DNA of 55,526 nt from Patescibacteria group bacterium (GCA_042571625.1 JBHPFQ010000001.1:1-55526), one strand, 5' to 3'; shown: positions 37,064-49,962, counted from the first letter of the stretch. A program made the numbers and translations. Notes: a model not told the origin generated them from the letters alone.

Positions 37064-40000
37064 TTATTTCTCTAATAATTCCACATTCAATCCCAATGCT
37101 TTTAACTCATTAACTAATACGTTAAAAGAAGCTGGAATGTTAGGCGCCTGAATAGATTTTCCACGAATAATTGAATCATAAGCTCCAGCTCTTCCAGCTA
37201 TATCATCCGACTTAATAGTTAACATTTCTTGCAAGATATTTGATGCTCCATAACCTTCCAAAGCCCAAACTTCCATTTCTCCAAAACGTTGTCCGCCAAA
37301 TTGAGCTTTACCTCCTAATGGTTGCTGTGTAATTAATGAATAAGGGCCAACTGACCTCATATGAATCTTATCTTCTACTAAATGATCAAGTTTCATAACA
37401 TAAATATAACCAACTGTTACTGGCTGATCAAACGGCTCGCCACTACGACCGTCATATAAAATAACCTTTCCGTTTTCTGGCAAATTCGCACTCTTTAAAT
37501 GATTTCTAATTTCTTGCTCTCTAACTCCAACCAAAGCTGCGCTGTTTATTTTAATTCCCAAAGCGTTTGCAGCCCATCCCAAATGTGTTTCTAAAATTTG
37601 TCCGATGTTCATACGCGAAGGCACGCCTAGAGGATTAAGAACAACTTCTACTGGAGTTCCATCAGCCAAATAAGGCATATCTTCCTCAGGTAAGATTCTA
37701 GCAATAACTCCTTTATTTCCATGCCGACCAGCTAATTTATCTCCAACAGATATCCTTCTTAATTGAGCAACTTCAATTTGAATGCTCTTAATTACTCCTG
37801 CTTGAAGCTTATCTCCATTATCGCGAGAAAAAATTTGAATTCCAACGATACGGCCACGCTTTCCATGAGGCATTCTTAAAGAAGTGTCTTTAACGTCGCG
37901 AGCTTTCTCGCCAAAAATTGCCTGCAGAAGACGCTCTTCTGCTGTTAAATCAGTTTCGCCTTTTGGCGAAATTTTTCCAACTAAAATATCGTTCGGATTT
38001 ACTTCAGCGCCAATACGAATAATACCATCTTCGTCTAGATCCTTTAATCTTTCTTCTCCAACGTTTGGAATATCTGGAGTAGTAATTTCAGAACCAAGCT
38101 TTGTTTCGCAAACATCACAATTAAAACTCTCTATATGAATTGAAGTATAGCGATCCTGCTTAACTAATTTTTCTGAAAGAATAATAGCATCTTCAAAATT
38201 ACAACCTTGCAACGACACAAAAGCAACCAATAAATTTTGGCCTAATGCTAACTCTCCTTTATCTGTAGCTGCTCCGTCAGCTAAAATATCGCCTTTTTTA
38301 ATTTTCTGTCCTTTTTGCGCTATTGGATGCTGCGAAATACAAGTGCATTGATTGGTTTTATTAAAACTTCGCAAATTATATATTTTAGAACCCTTATTTT
38401 TATTCTTACTTTTTATTTTAATATGATCAGCATCAATTTCTTCTACGGTTCCATTTTCTTCGGCAACTACCAACTGTCCTGAGTCTTTAGCAGCTCTACC
38501 TTCTATCCCAGTTCCTACTAAAGGAGCTTGAGGATTTATACAGGCGACAGCCTGACGTTGCATGTTTGAACCCATCAAAGCGCGATGGCTATCATCATGT
38601 TCTAAAAACGGTATTAAAGAAGTAGCTATACTAATTGTTTGCTGAGGAGAAACATCCATATAATCAATCTTAGAACGACTAACAGTTGACGGATGTCCAT
38701 AAACTCTTGCTTCTACTTTTTTATCTACCAAAATATTATTTTCTCCAATATCCACTCCACCATGAGCGATATTATATCTTTCTTCTTCCCAAGCATTAAG
38801 ATAAACAATCTCATTGGTTACTTTACCTTTTACTACTTTTCTATACGGAGTTTCAATAAACCCATATTTATTTAAACGAGCGCAAGTTGTTAAATGTCCA
38901 ACTAATCCAATATTAGGACCTTCTGGAGTTTCAATGGGACAAATTCTACCATAATAACTTGAATGCACATCACGTACTTCAAATCCTGCGCGCTCTCTAG
39001 TTAATCCGCTAGGACCCATTGCAGACAAACGACGTTTATGTTCTAGTTCAGCTAATGGATTAACCTGGTCCATAAATTGAGAAAGTTGAAACGAAGTAAA
39101 AAATTCCTTAATTGACGCTGTAAAGGGACGCGGATTTATCAACTGACTTGGCATTAATTCTTGAATATCCAATGTTGACATCCTATCGCGAATAATCCTT
39201 TCCATCCTAGTCAAACCAACTCTTAGTTTATTTTGCAGTAATTCGCCAAGAGCTCTTACTCTACGATTTCCTAAATGATCAATATCATCTGGCATTGCTT
39301 CTGGCGTATTATTTAAACGAATAATCTCTCTAACGATTGCCACGATATCATCAAAATAAAGAATTCTATCCTCTTTAGTAATTTCTTCATCAGCGCCAAT
39401 CTTCTTAATATTTAATCGCTGACCCATTTTCCATCTACCTACCTCTCCCAAATCATATCTTTCAAAAGAAAGCATAGTTTCAATAAATGATCTAGCATTA
39501 TCTTCTGTAGCTAGATCTCCTGGTCTAATCCGTTTATAAATTTCAACAAAAGCTTCGCCTATTGTTTTAGACTGATCTTTTCTAAGAGTTTCTTCAATAT
39601 GATTTGTCTCTCCATTATCAATATCAGCAAATTTCTTTTTTAATTCATCTGAAGACAAAAATTCTGAAGAAGATTTTATTTTACCTTTTGATTTGCTTAA
39701 AGCATAAAAAACCCGAAGCAGAGCTGTTATCGGAACTTTTCTTTTCTTATCTATTTTTACGCTTATTCCACCGTCAGAATCAGTTTCAAACTCTAACCAA
39801 GCTCCTCTATTAGGAATAATTTTTGCCCCAAAAACACGCTTGTAATTTTTTGTAACCTTTTTACTATTGCCTTGTAAAACAAAAAATGCGCCTGAAGATC
39901 TCACAAGTTGAGAAATAATTACTCTTTCAACCGCATTAACTATAAAAGTTCCCCGTTTAGTCATTAAGGGGAAATCTCCTAAAAACATATCCTGTTCTCT

Positions 40001-40333
40001 AACTGTTTTATTTCTATTATTAACTAATTTGACCCGACATCGCAAAGGCGCTTCGTAAGAAACATTATGAATTTTAGCTTCACTTTCAGTATATTTCGGT
40101 TCATCCAAATAATAATCCAAGAAATGTAATTCTAAATCTTTGCCACCCCAGTCTTTTATCGGAGAAATTTCATCAAAAAGATTGCGTAATCCTTTTTTCC
40201 AAAACCAATTATAAGAATTAGTTTGAACTTCAATAAGGTTAGGGAGTTTAAACCCAGCACCATTTAAGGATCGTTTTTTAAATTTATTCTCCTCGTCTAT
40301 CCTTGAAGAATGAGAAGTAGAAATATTAGGCAT
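37064..40333 (-). CDS. rpoB: DNA-directed RNA polymerase subunit beta
   Basis: About 1089 aa. Conserved GRHGNKGV and FGGQRFGEMEVWALE motifs. Start set at the ATG (MPNIST); the track start is a GTG 12 nt upstream. Confidence 0.97.
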   Translation of the reverse strand: MPNISTSHSSRIDEENKFKKRSLNGAGFKLPNLIEVQTNSYNWFWKKGLRNLFDEISPIKDWGGKDLELHFLDYYLDEPKYTESEAKIHNVSYEAPLRCRVKLVNNRNKTVREQDMFLGDFPLMTKRGTFIVNAVERVIISQLVRSSGAFFVLQGNSKKVTKNYKRVFGAKIIPNRGAWLEFETDSDGGISVKIDKKRKVPITALLRVFYALSKSKGKIKSSSEFLSSDELKKKFADIDNGETNHIEETLRKDQSKTIGEAFVEIYKRIRPGDLATEDNARSFIETMLSFERYDLGEVGRWKMGQRLNIKKIGADEEITKEDRILYFDDIVAIVREIIRLNNTPEAMPDDIDHLGNRRVRALGELLQNKLRVGLTRMERIIRDRMSTLDIQELMPSQLINPRPFTASIKEFFTSFQLSQFMDQVNPLAELEHKRRLSAMGPSGLTRERAGFEVRDVHSSYYGRICPIETPEGPNIGLVGHLTTCARLNKYGFIETPYRKVVKGKVTNEIVYLNAWEEERYNIAHGGVDIGENNILVDKKVEARVYGHPSTVSRSKIDYMDVSPQQTISIATSLIPFLEHDDSHRALMGSNMQRQAVACINPQAPLVGTGIEGRAAKDSGQLVVAEENGTVEEIDADHIKIKSKNKNKGSKIYNLRSFNKTNQCTCISQHPIAQKGQKIKKGDILADGAATDKGELALGQNLLVAFVSLQGCNFEDAIILSEKLVKQDRYTSIHIESFNCDVCETKLGSEITTPDIPNVGEERLKDLDEDGIIRIGAEVNPNDILVGKISPKGETDLTAEERLLQAIFGEKARDVKDTSLRMPHGKRGRIVGIQIFSRDNGDKLQAGVIKSIQIEVAQLRRISVGDKLAGRHGNKGVIARILPEEDMPYLADGTPVEVVLNPLGVPSRMNIGQILETHLGWAANALGIKINSAALVGVREQEIRNHLKSANLPENGKVILYDGRSGEPFDQPVTVGYIYVMKLDHLVEDKIHMRSVGPYSLITQQPLGGKAQFGGQRFGEMEVWALEGYGASNILQEMLTIKSDDIAGRAGAYDSIIRGKSIQAPNIPASFNVLVNELKALGLNVELLEK

Positions 40334-40465
40334 ACAAAAAAACACACAACCCCCTATTTATCCTTATGGAGGTTCTATTGCTTATTATAAAATTATTGAT
40401 AATAAATAATATCCAAAATCCAAGTATTAAATTATATTTTAAGTATAGACAATTATTAAAAAAAG

Positions 40466-41056
40466 TCAATAGGATATATTATCAAATATAGATTTTAACT
40501 TTAATATCAATTTTTGCTTTATTTGCTCATTAGCTTTATTAACCCTGCGATAAATATATTTATGTGTAATTTTTGAATTAACAATTAAATTAATCGCCGA
40601 ACTAGCTAGAAAGGAAGGAGCAGAAAATGTTAAATTAATTGCCTTGTATGGAAACTGACCAAGCTCCTTGCTTTTAGCTTCAACTCCTTTTAGAATATTT
40701 CTAACTTTTTCTTTCTTAACTGAATTTGCTAATTCAATAGCTTTCTGACTTTGATTGAAAATAAAATCTTCTGCTCCAACAATTGTTTTATTACCAGTTT
40801 TAACAATGGAAAGATTAAATTCACTAATCAAACATGCCATATTTTCTCCAGCGCTTTGATTAAAAGCCAAGACAAAAGAAAAAATAAACAGAACCATCAA
40901 TACAACGCATAAAATAAATTTTGGATTTTTATAATCGTATGCCTTTATAAATTCCGATACCGCTAATTTTGTTTTATCAAAAAACAACAAACCTTTATCT
41001 ATTTGCAATCCAATATTTAAAGATACGCGCTTAATGAAATTATCTTTCTTTGGCAT
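40466..41056 (-). CDS. hypothetical membrane-anchored protein
   Basis: 196 aa with one TM segment (FILCVVLMVLFIFSFVLAF). No recognised domain. Confidence 0.45.
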   Translation of the reverse strand: MPKKDNFIKRVSLNIGLQIDKGLLFFDKTKLAVSEFIKAYDYKNPKFILCVVLMVLFIFSFVLAFNQSAGENMACLISEFNLSIVKTGNKTIVGAEDFIFNQSQKAIELANSVKKEKVRNILKGVEAKSKELGQFPYKAINLTFSAPSFLASSAINLIVNSKITHKYIYRRVNKANEQIKQKLILKLKSIFDNISY

Positions 41057-41165
41057 TTTTATTAATTCTCTTACTTAATTATATAATGCCAAGATATGCA
41101 GTCAATGTTGATAAAAAATATATTGAATATTATTACTAATTATAGATAAAATTATTCTCTGCTCT

Positions 41166-41306
41166 GTTACGTAGCATGCTACGTAACAATTTTATTTTAG
41201 CAAGAAAATTAGAGTTTACAAAAAAGACAGATTTTTTCCGATAAATTAAAGGGCTACCCTTCGCAAAGGGTAGTTCCCTTTAATTTTGCGGTTAAAAATC
41301 GTCTTT
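41166..41306 (+). repeat. modular hairpin element, copy 2 (perfect 22-bp palindrome plus long composite hairpin)
   Basis: gttacgtagcatgctacgtaac (41166-41187). aaagacagatttttt (41223-41237) pairs with aaaaatcgtcttt (41294-41306). Inner hairpin aaattaaagggctaccctt-cgca-aagggtagttccctttaattt (41244-41287). ttgcggttaaaaat at 41286-41299. Confidence 0.6.
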
Positions 41307-41400
41307 ACCAAAAATAATTTGCCACGTATGTACGTTTGTATTGTACGCACAACAATCTTAAACAAAAAATTGTTGATTAATTTAAAATATGTAAAAAAAT

Positions 41401-41421
41401 GGGGAAGCGTAAAGCTTCCCC
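41401..41421 (-). terminator. terminator hairpin
   Basis: ggggaagc-gtaa-agcttcccc. A T run follows on the minus strand (plus-strand A run 41394-41400). Confidence 0.6.
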
Positions 41422-41436
41422 GTTAAATATAAATAA

Positions 41437-41544
41437 TTATTTGACCATTTTATCCCAAACGCGTCTTTTAATTTTTTCTAAGAAAAATTCTATTTTAAAT
41501 CGTAAGAAAAAGAAATATAAATAAATTTTATTATATAAGTCCAT
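41437..41544 (-). CDS. small ORF (35 aa), hypothetical
   Basis: GAGGAGG RBS 4 nt before the ATG. Hand translation MDLYNKIYLYFFFLRFKIEFFLEKIKRRVWDKMVK. Promoter-like TTGATT-N16-TGATACAAT at 41588-41615. Terminator at 41401-41421. Confidence 0.35.
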   Translation of the reverse strand: MDLYNKIYLYFFFLRFKIEFFLEKIKRRVWDKMVK

Positions 41545-41647
41545 CTTGCCTCCTCTTTATAAGATTATTAAAAAACTAATATTTACTATTGTATCACCAA
41601 ATCCATAAAAATCAACTCCTGACCAAAAAGTTTTAATTTTTTTTCCC

Positions 41648-41676
41648 TTGACAAAAACAGAACAATACGCTATCAT
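41648..41676 (+). promoter_or_regulatory. sigma70-like promoter TTGACA-N17-TATCAT
   Basis: ttgacaaaaacagaacaatacgctatcat, about 50 nt upstream of the small ORF at 41726. Confidence 0.5.
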
Positions 41677-41725
41677 AATATCAATACGAAAAAGTTATTT
41701 AAAATAACAATTTAAGGAGAAAATA

Positions 41726-41881
41726 ATGGATTTTATGGGAGAAGTAATAGCTATAATTTCGATACTTATCTGTACAGCAGTTTCCATTTATTCGGATCCA
41801 TGCTATTTAAATATAATTTTAATCACAATATTTTCGCTCTTGGCAATTATTTGTATAATTGCAGAAGCAAAAAAATACTAA
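41726..41881 (+). CDS. small two-TM membrane peptide (51 aa), hypothetical
   Basis: AAGGAG RBS. Hand translation MDFMGEVIAIISILICTAVSIYSDPCYLNIILITIFSLLAIICIIAEAKKY. Consensus promoter upstream and terminator at 41904-41939. Confidence 0.45.
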   Translation: MDFMGEVIAIISILICTAVSIYSDPCYLNIILITIFSLLAIICIIAEAKKY

Positions 41882-41903
41882 AAAAAATACTAAATAATAA
41901 AAT

Positions 41904-41939
41904 GAGACAATCAAGTTATACTTGGTTGTCTCTTTTTTT
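41904..41939. terminator. terminator hairpin with T run
   Basis: gagacaatcaag (41904-41915) pairs with cttggttgtctc (41921-41932), then ttttttt. Confidence 0.65.
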
Positions 41940-43017
41940 AACTCCTGACATTAATACTCTGCAATATTCCTAGTCCTAAAAAAATACTTATTAAACTGCT
42001 ACCGCCATAACTTACCAATGGCAATGTTAAACCAGTAATTGGTAGAATAGCCATATTCATACCAATATTAATAAATAATTGCGCTAAGAGCATAATTGCA
42101 AAACCACTTGCAAAAAGACGAGAGAAATTATTTGAAGCGTTCAATGCAATTTTAATTATTCTCCATATTAAAAAAGCAAAAAGAATTAACAATAACAATA
42201 TACCAGCAAACCCCCTTTGCTCTGCCCAAGCCGCGAAAATAAAATCAGTATATTGTTCAGGCAAAAATTTTAAAGCAGCTTGCAATCCTCCTTCCGCGCT
42301 CTGTCCAAATAATCCGCCCGAACCAATAGTAATTAATGACTGACTAACATGATATCCACTTCCATAAGGATCTTTTTGCGGATCTAAAAAAGTAAGAATT
42401 CTTTGTTTTTGATACCCTTTCAAAATGCTAAACCAGCTTCCTGCAAACAATAAAATAATTACTAAAAATAAAATAACTAAATGGCGCATTTTTATGCCGG
42501 CGATCATAACAAGACCAAGCCAAATACAGCATAAAATAATAGAAGACCCAAAGTCCGGCTGTAATAAAACCATAATAACAGGCGTTCCAACATAAAATCC
42601 TGAAACTATTAGATGCTTAATATTATACATTTCTATATGTCTTAAAGAAAAATATTTTGCTAAAAATAAAATAATAATCAATTTAACAAATTCTATTGGC
42701 TCTAAATTAATCGGACCTAATCTAAACCAGCTGGAAGCTCCTCTAATGCTCTGACAAAATAATACGATAAACAAAAAAAATAAAGCGGACAAATAAAGAA
42801 TAATTAGAATAGAAGAATGATTTTTTAAAGCGCGATAATCAAAAAAACTTATAAATATCATAATAAACAACCCAAGGCAAAGGAAAATAATTTGCTTTTT
42901 AAGATAAAACATTGATTCAGAAGAGCCAATATTATAAATAGTAAAAAGCCCCGTCCCAGAGATGAACAAAGCAATAAAAGATAGATGCCAATCAATTTTC
43001 CTAAAATGATTGTACAT
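41938..43017 (-). CDS. rodA: FtsW/RodA/SpoVE family peptidoglycan glycosyltransferase
   Basis: Polytopic. The QPDFGS and LPLVSYGGSS motifs are typical of SEDS proteins. Start moved to the ATG (MYNHFRKIDW); the track start is a TTG. Confidence 0.85.
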   Translation of the reverse strand: MYNHFRKIDWHLSFIALFISGTGLFTIYNIGSSESMFYLKKQIIFLCLGLFIMIFISFFDYRALKNHSSILIILYLSALFFLFIVLFCQSIRGASSWFRLGPINLEPIEFVKLIIILFLAKYFSLRHIEMYNIKHLIVSGFYVGTPVIMVLLQPDFGSSIILCCIWLGLVMIAGIKMRHLVILFLVIILLFAGSWFSILKGYQKQRILTFLDPQKDPYGSGYHVSQSLITIGSGGLFGQSAEGGLQAALKFLPEQYTDFIFAAWAEQRGFAGILLLLILFAFLIWRIIKIALNASNNFSRLFASGFAIMLLAQLFINIGMNMAILPITGLTLPLVSYGGSSLISIFLGLGILQSINVRS

Positions 43018-43750
43018 AAATATTGGTTTCTGCTTCTGCCTCAACAAATGCTACATTGCCAGATATTTCCTTAAACCACACAACCGCGAAATCTCTTTCT
43101 TGCCCAGCTGGCAAGGTTTCTATTTTTGCAATATTTAATCCAATTAATTTTTTAGAAGAATCAAATAATAAGATATTTATATCAACATTGTTGAAATTTA
43201 AATCGGTCTTGTTTATTAAAATACCCTTAACTTTGTTTTGGCTATATTCTTTTTGTATTACTGCTAGTTGAGGAATTTGTTCTGACAATTTTTGCCATAC
43301 AATCCTTCCAAATGATATTTTAATATCTCTCACAACGTCAGAACTTTCAATCTTTAATTCAATTATATATTTTGTTTGGTTCGGAAGAACAAAAGTCGCA
43401 CCTGAACGATTACCAACTAATTCATCATATTGATTATATAATTCTAATTTATAAGGAATATATCCGCTTCCTGAATTTTGATTTGGATTTTTAATTTTAA
43501 TCGCCGCATCATAAAAATTACCCTGCGATAATATAGCTTCTGATGATAAAATATCAATATCTTCTGGATAAATTATTTCACATGAAGAACAAACTCCACC
43601 GCAATCAATATTTTCCTCATTCTGATTTTGTATTCCATCAAAGCACGAAGAAACTGGCTTTACAATATAATAAATTACAAAGCCAATCATTGATAAAATG
43701 ATAACAGAAATCAAAACAATAAATATTTGCTTGATTGAACGTTTACTCAT
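43001..43750 (-). CDS. hypothetical membrane-anchored protein with Cys-rich N-proximal motif
   Basis: 249 aa. One TM segment, then CFDGIQNQNEENIDCGGVCSSC. No recognised domain. Confidence 0.5.
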   Translation of the reverse strand: MSKRSIKQIFIVLISVIILSMIGFVIYYIVKPVSSCFDGIQNQNEENIDCGGVCSSCEIIYPEDIDILSSEAILSQGNFYDAAIKIKNPNQNSGSGYIPYKLELYNQYDELVGNRSGATFVLPNQTKYIIELKIESSDVVRDIKISFGRIVWQKLSEQIPQLAVIQKEYSQNKVKGILINKTDLNFNNVDINILLFDSSKKLIGLNIAKIETLPAGQERDFAVVWFKEISGNVAFVEAEAETNIYVQSF

Positions 43751-43757
43751 AATTAAT

Positions 43758-43787
43758 TAAAAGCTCTTACAATAATTATAAGAGCTT
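43758..43787 (-). terminator. hairpin after 5S rRNA
   Basis: aaagctctta (43758-43767) pairs with taagagcttt (43778-43787). Confidence 0.5.
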
Positions 43788-43803
43788 TCTTTCTTAAACG
43801 CAA

Positions 43804-43914
43804 ATACGGGGACTACCTACTTTCGCGGCAAAGCCACTATCATCGGCCTTGGAGAATTTCACTTCTGTGTTCAGAATGGGAACAGGTGGGGCATCTCCAG
43901 CATAATCCCCATAT
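43804..43914 (-). rRNA. rrf: 5S rRNA (ends approximate)
   Basis: Minus-sense GGGGATTATGCTGGAGATGCCCCACCTGTTCCCATTCTGAACACAGAAGTGAAATTCTCCAAGGCCGATGATAGTGGC...GTAGGTAGTCCCC contains the conserved CCGAAC/AGAAGTGAAA-type loop C region. Helix I is extended by flanking acgcaaata/tatttgcgt. Confidence 0.85.
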
Positions 43915-43995
43915 TTGCGTTCAAAAAAATTACATATAAAAATTAGAAAATTAACCCTAATGAATTTGATTAAACAATCAAATTTTCATTACAAG

Positions 43996-46950
<2,955 letters not shown>

Positions 46951-47138
46951 CTCTGTAATGAAAATTTGATTATAATCAAATTTCATAGAGTTAATTTTCT
47001 AATTTTTATACAAGACGTTTATTCAATTATAAAAAAACTGAACAAAAAAACCGCTTCAAACGGTCTTTTTGTTTTATCAGACCTTGCCAAAACTGATTTC
47101 TATCAAAATTATCCAAACGTATCTTTACTGTCTGATGT

Positions 47139-47168
47139 ATGATACACCTGTTTGCTATTTCATGTCAA
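47139..47168 (-). promoter_or_regulatory. sigma70-like promoter TTGACA-N18-TATCAT upstream of 23S
   Basis: Minus-sense cttgacatgaaatagcaaacaggtgtatcat. The -35 is at 47163-47168 and the -10 at 47139-47144, about 190 nt upstream of the 23S 5' end. Confidence 0.45.
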
Positions 47169-47206
47169 GATCTTAATTATTTGACAAAATAAAAAAATAT
47201 AAAATC

Positions 47207-47890
47207 TTATTTTTCCGCAATATTTTTTCTCATTTTTTCTAAGATTTGGCTAGCCAAATCTTTTCCACCTAAACCGAATGAAAGACCTACACTAATTGCT
47301 AAAGCCGCAACCAAACCAGTGAAAATTGTCTGCATTAAAGCAGGAACAATTCCTAATTGGATTAAAGCAGCTAGAATAGCAAAAATTAATATGCCCCACT
47401 TAGCTACTCCACTTAAAGCGCTTGACGATCCTAATCCTGCTGTATCAACGCTAGCTTTCACTATTTTTCCTAAAACATTAGCAATTAAAACTCCTGCAAG
47501 CAGAATGAAAACAGCTACAATTAATCTAGGAATGTATAAAAGAATCTGTCCTAAAAATTCTGTAATTTGTGCTAACCCTAATATATCAGTAGAAGCCATT
47601 AAAAATACGATTATGAAAAACCACTTAACAAGCTCTCCAATAAACTTGCTTGAGTTTAATTTCATATTTGCTCTGCTCAAACTTTTCTTAAATCCAATCC
47701 TCTCCAAAATTTGATCAACTCTTAACATCTGAATAATCTGTCCTGCAAGTTTTCCTAAAATTTCAGCAACAAACCAACCAAATATAAAGACAACAATAGC
47801 CCCTAATAAATTTGGCAAAAAACTCATAAAACCAGACCAAAGTGCTTGAAAAGAAGTTGTTATAACTTCTCCCCATGTTTGTATCATCAT
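47207..47890 (-). CDS. polytopic membrane protein with conserved-TM-helix repeats (mechanosensitive-channel-related family, tentative)
   Basis: 227 aa. Repeated pattern of hydrophobic helix plus basic loop (LLGAIVVFIFGWFVAEILGKLAGQII, IVAVFILLAGVLIANVLGKIVKASV). Strong RBS AAAGGGGGTGA before ATGATG. Lies between the 16S-tRNA region and 23S. Confidence 0.6.
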   Translation of the reverse strand: MMIQTWGEVITTSFQALWSGFMSFLPNLLGAIVVFIFGWFVAEILGKLAGQIIQMLRVDQILERIGFKKSLSRANMKLNSSKFIGELVKWFFIIVFLMASTDILGLAQITEFLGQILLYIPRLIVAVFILLAGVLIANVLGKIVKASVDTAGLGSSSALSGVAKWGILIFAILAALIQLGIVPALMQTIFTGLVAALAISVGLSFGLGGKDLASQILEKMRKNIAEK

Positions 47891-48004
47891 TTATTTTCAC
47901 CCCCTTTCATATATAAGATTAATTAACTATTTTCAAATCCGTATATTTTTTACTTATTATTATAATAGCATAAAAGGCAAGAAAATGCCTGTGGATAAAA
48001 TAAA

Positions 48005-48043
48005 TGTGGGCGGAGGAAGTCACCCGAAGGGTGAGAACTTCCC
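48005..48043 (-). pseudogene. rearranged copy of the tRNA-Ile 3' half (acceptor 3' strand plus T stem, T loop replaced by a TTCG-capped hairpin)
   Basis: tgtgggcggaggaag (48005-48019) and gaacttccc (48035-48043) are identical to 48066-48080 and 48085-48093 of tRNA-Ile. The intervening aatc is replaced by tcacccgaagggtga. Confidence 0.6.
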
Positions 48044-48067
48044 GTTCAATCTTTCATATTTCTATTG

Positions 48068-48139
48068 TGGGCGGAGGAAGAATCGAACTTCCCACCTCTT
48101 CTTTATCAGAGAAGCGTTCTACCACTGAACTACCCGCCC
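48068..48139 (-). tRNA. tRNA-Ile (anticodon GAT), CCA not encoded
   Basis: Minus-sense GGGCGGGTAGTTCAGTGGTAGAACGCTTCTCTGATAAAGAAGAGGTGGGAAGTTCGATTCTTCCTCCGCCCA. Canonical 72-nt cloverleaf. Confidence 0.9.
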
Positions 48140-48146
48140 TAAAAAA

Positions 48147-48221
48147 TGGTGCGCGGACCTGGAGTTGAACCAGATACAATACAGCCCGGTTAAGCTGCCC
48201 TATCCGTTTAGTTGTCCGCGC
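48147..48221 (-). tRNA. atypical tRNA-like gene, CCA encoded, non-canonical anticodon loop; identity undetermined
   Basis: Minus-sense GCGCGGACAACTAAACGGATAGGGCAGCTTAACCGGGCTGTATTGTATCTGGTTCAACTCCAGGTCCGCGCACCA. Acceptor is 7 bp. T arm is TCTGG-TTCAACT-CCAGG. D loop has GG. The anticodon stem pairs only as CAGC/GCTG, leaving an 8-nt (TTAACCGG) or 6-nt loop. Confidence 0.55.
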
Positions 48222-48280
48222 ATTTCTTATAAGAATAATAACAAAAAAAACCTACCGAAGCAAGTTTCTTTTGTTATAAA

Positions 48281-48305
48281 AATTGTAATCTTATGCAGTT
48301 GCCCA
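48281..48305 (-). other. 16S 3' trailer arm of the processing stem (pairs with 50134-50159)
   Basis: aattgtaatcttatgcagttgccca versus the reverse complement of 50134-50159, aattgcaattttatgcagttgcccaa. About 23 of 25 positions are complementary. Confidence 0.6.
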
Positions 48306-48475
48306 TGCCTTAATCATCTAAATTTTAATTTAGTATTGATTAAGAGCATCCCGTCGTATGACGGGAGTAGCCGACATTTAGGGCTGTTCGGCCAATACCC
48401 TAGGATTGAGATAAGAATTCTATATCTCAATTCTAATCGACACCCCAACTCTTTAATAAAAATTAAAAAATTAGA

Positions 48476-49962
<1,487 letters not shown>

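Noticed and set aside
806-43271. Numerous 60-175-aa antisense ORFs inside long genes (examples: 806..1000, 2818..3117, 4205..4582, 7382..7804, 18884..19228, 32623..33147, 33958..34230, 37884..38138, 47319..47714)
   Set aside because: Each lies opposite a well-supported conserved gene. Their low-complexity Phe/Leu/Ile/Ser-rich translations are typical of AT-rich antisense frames.
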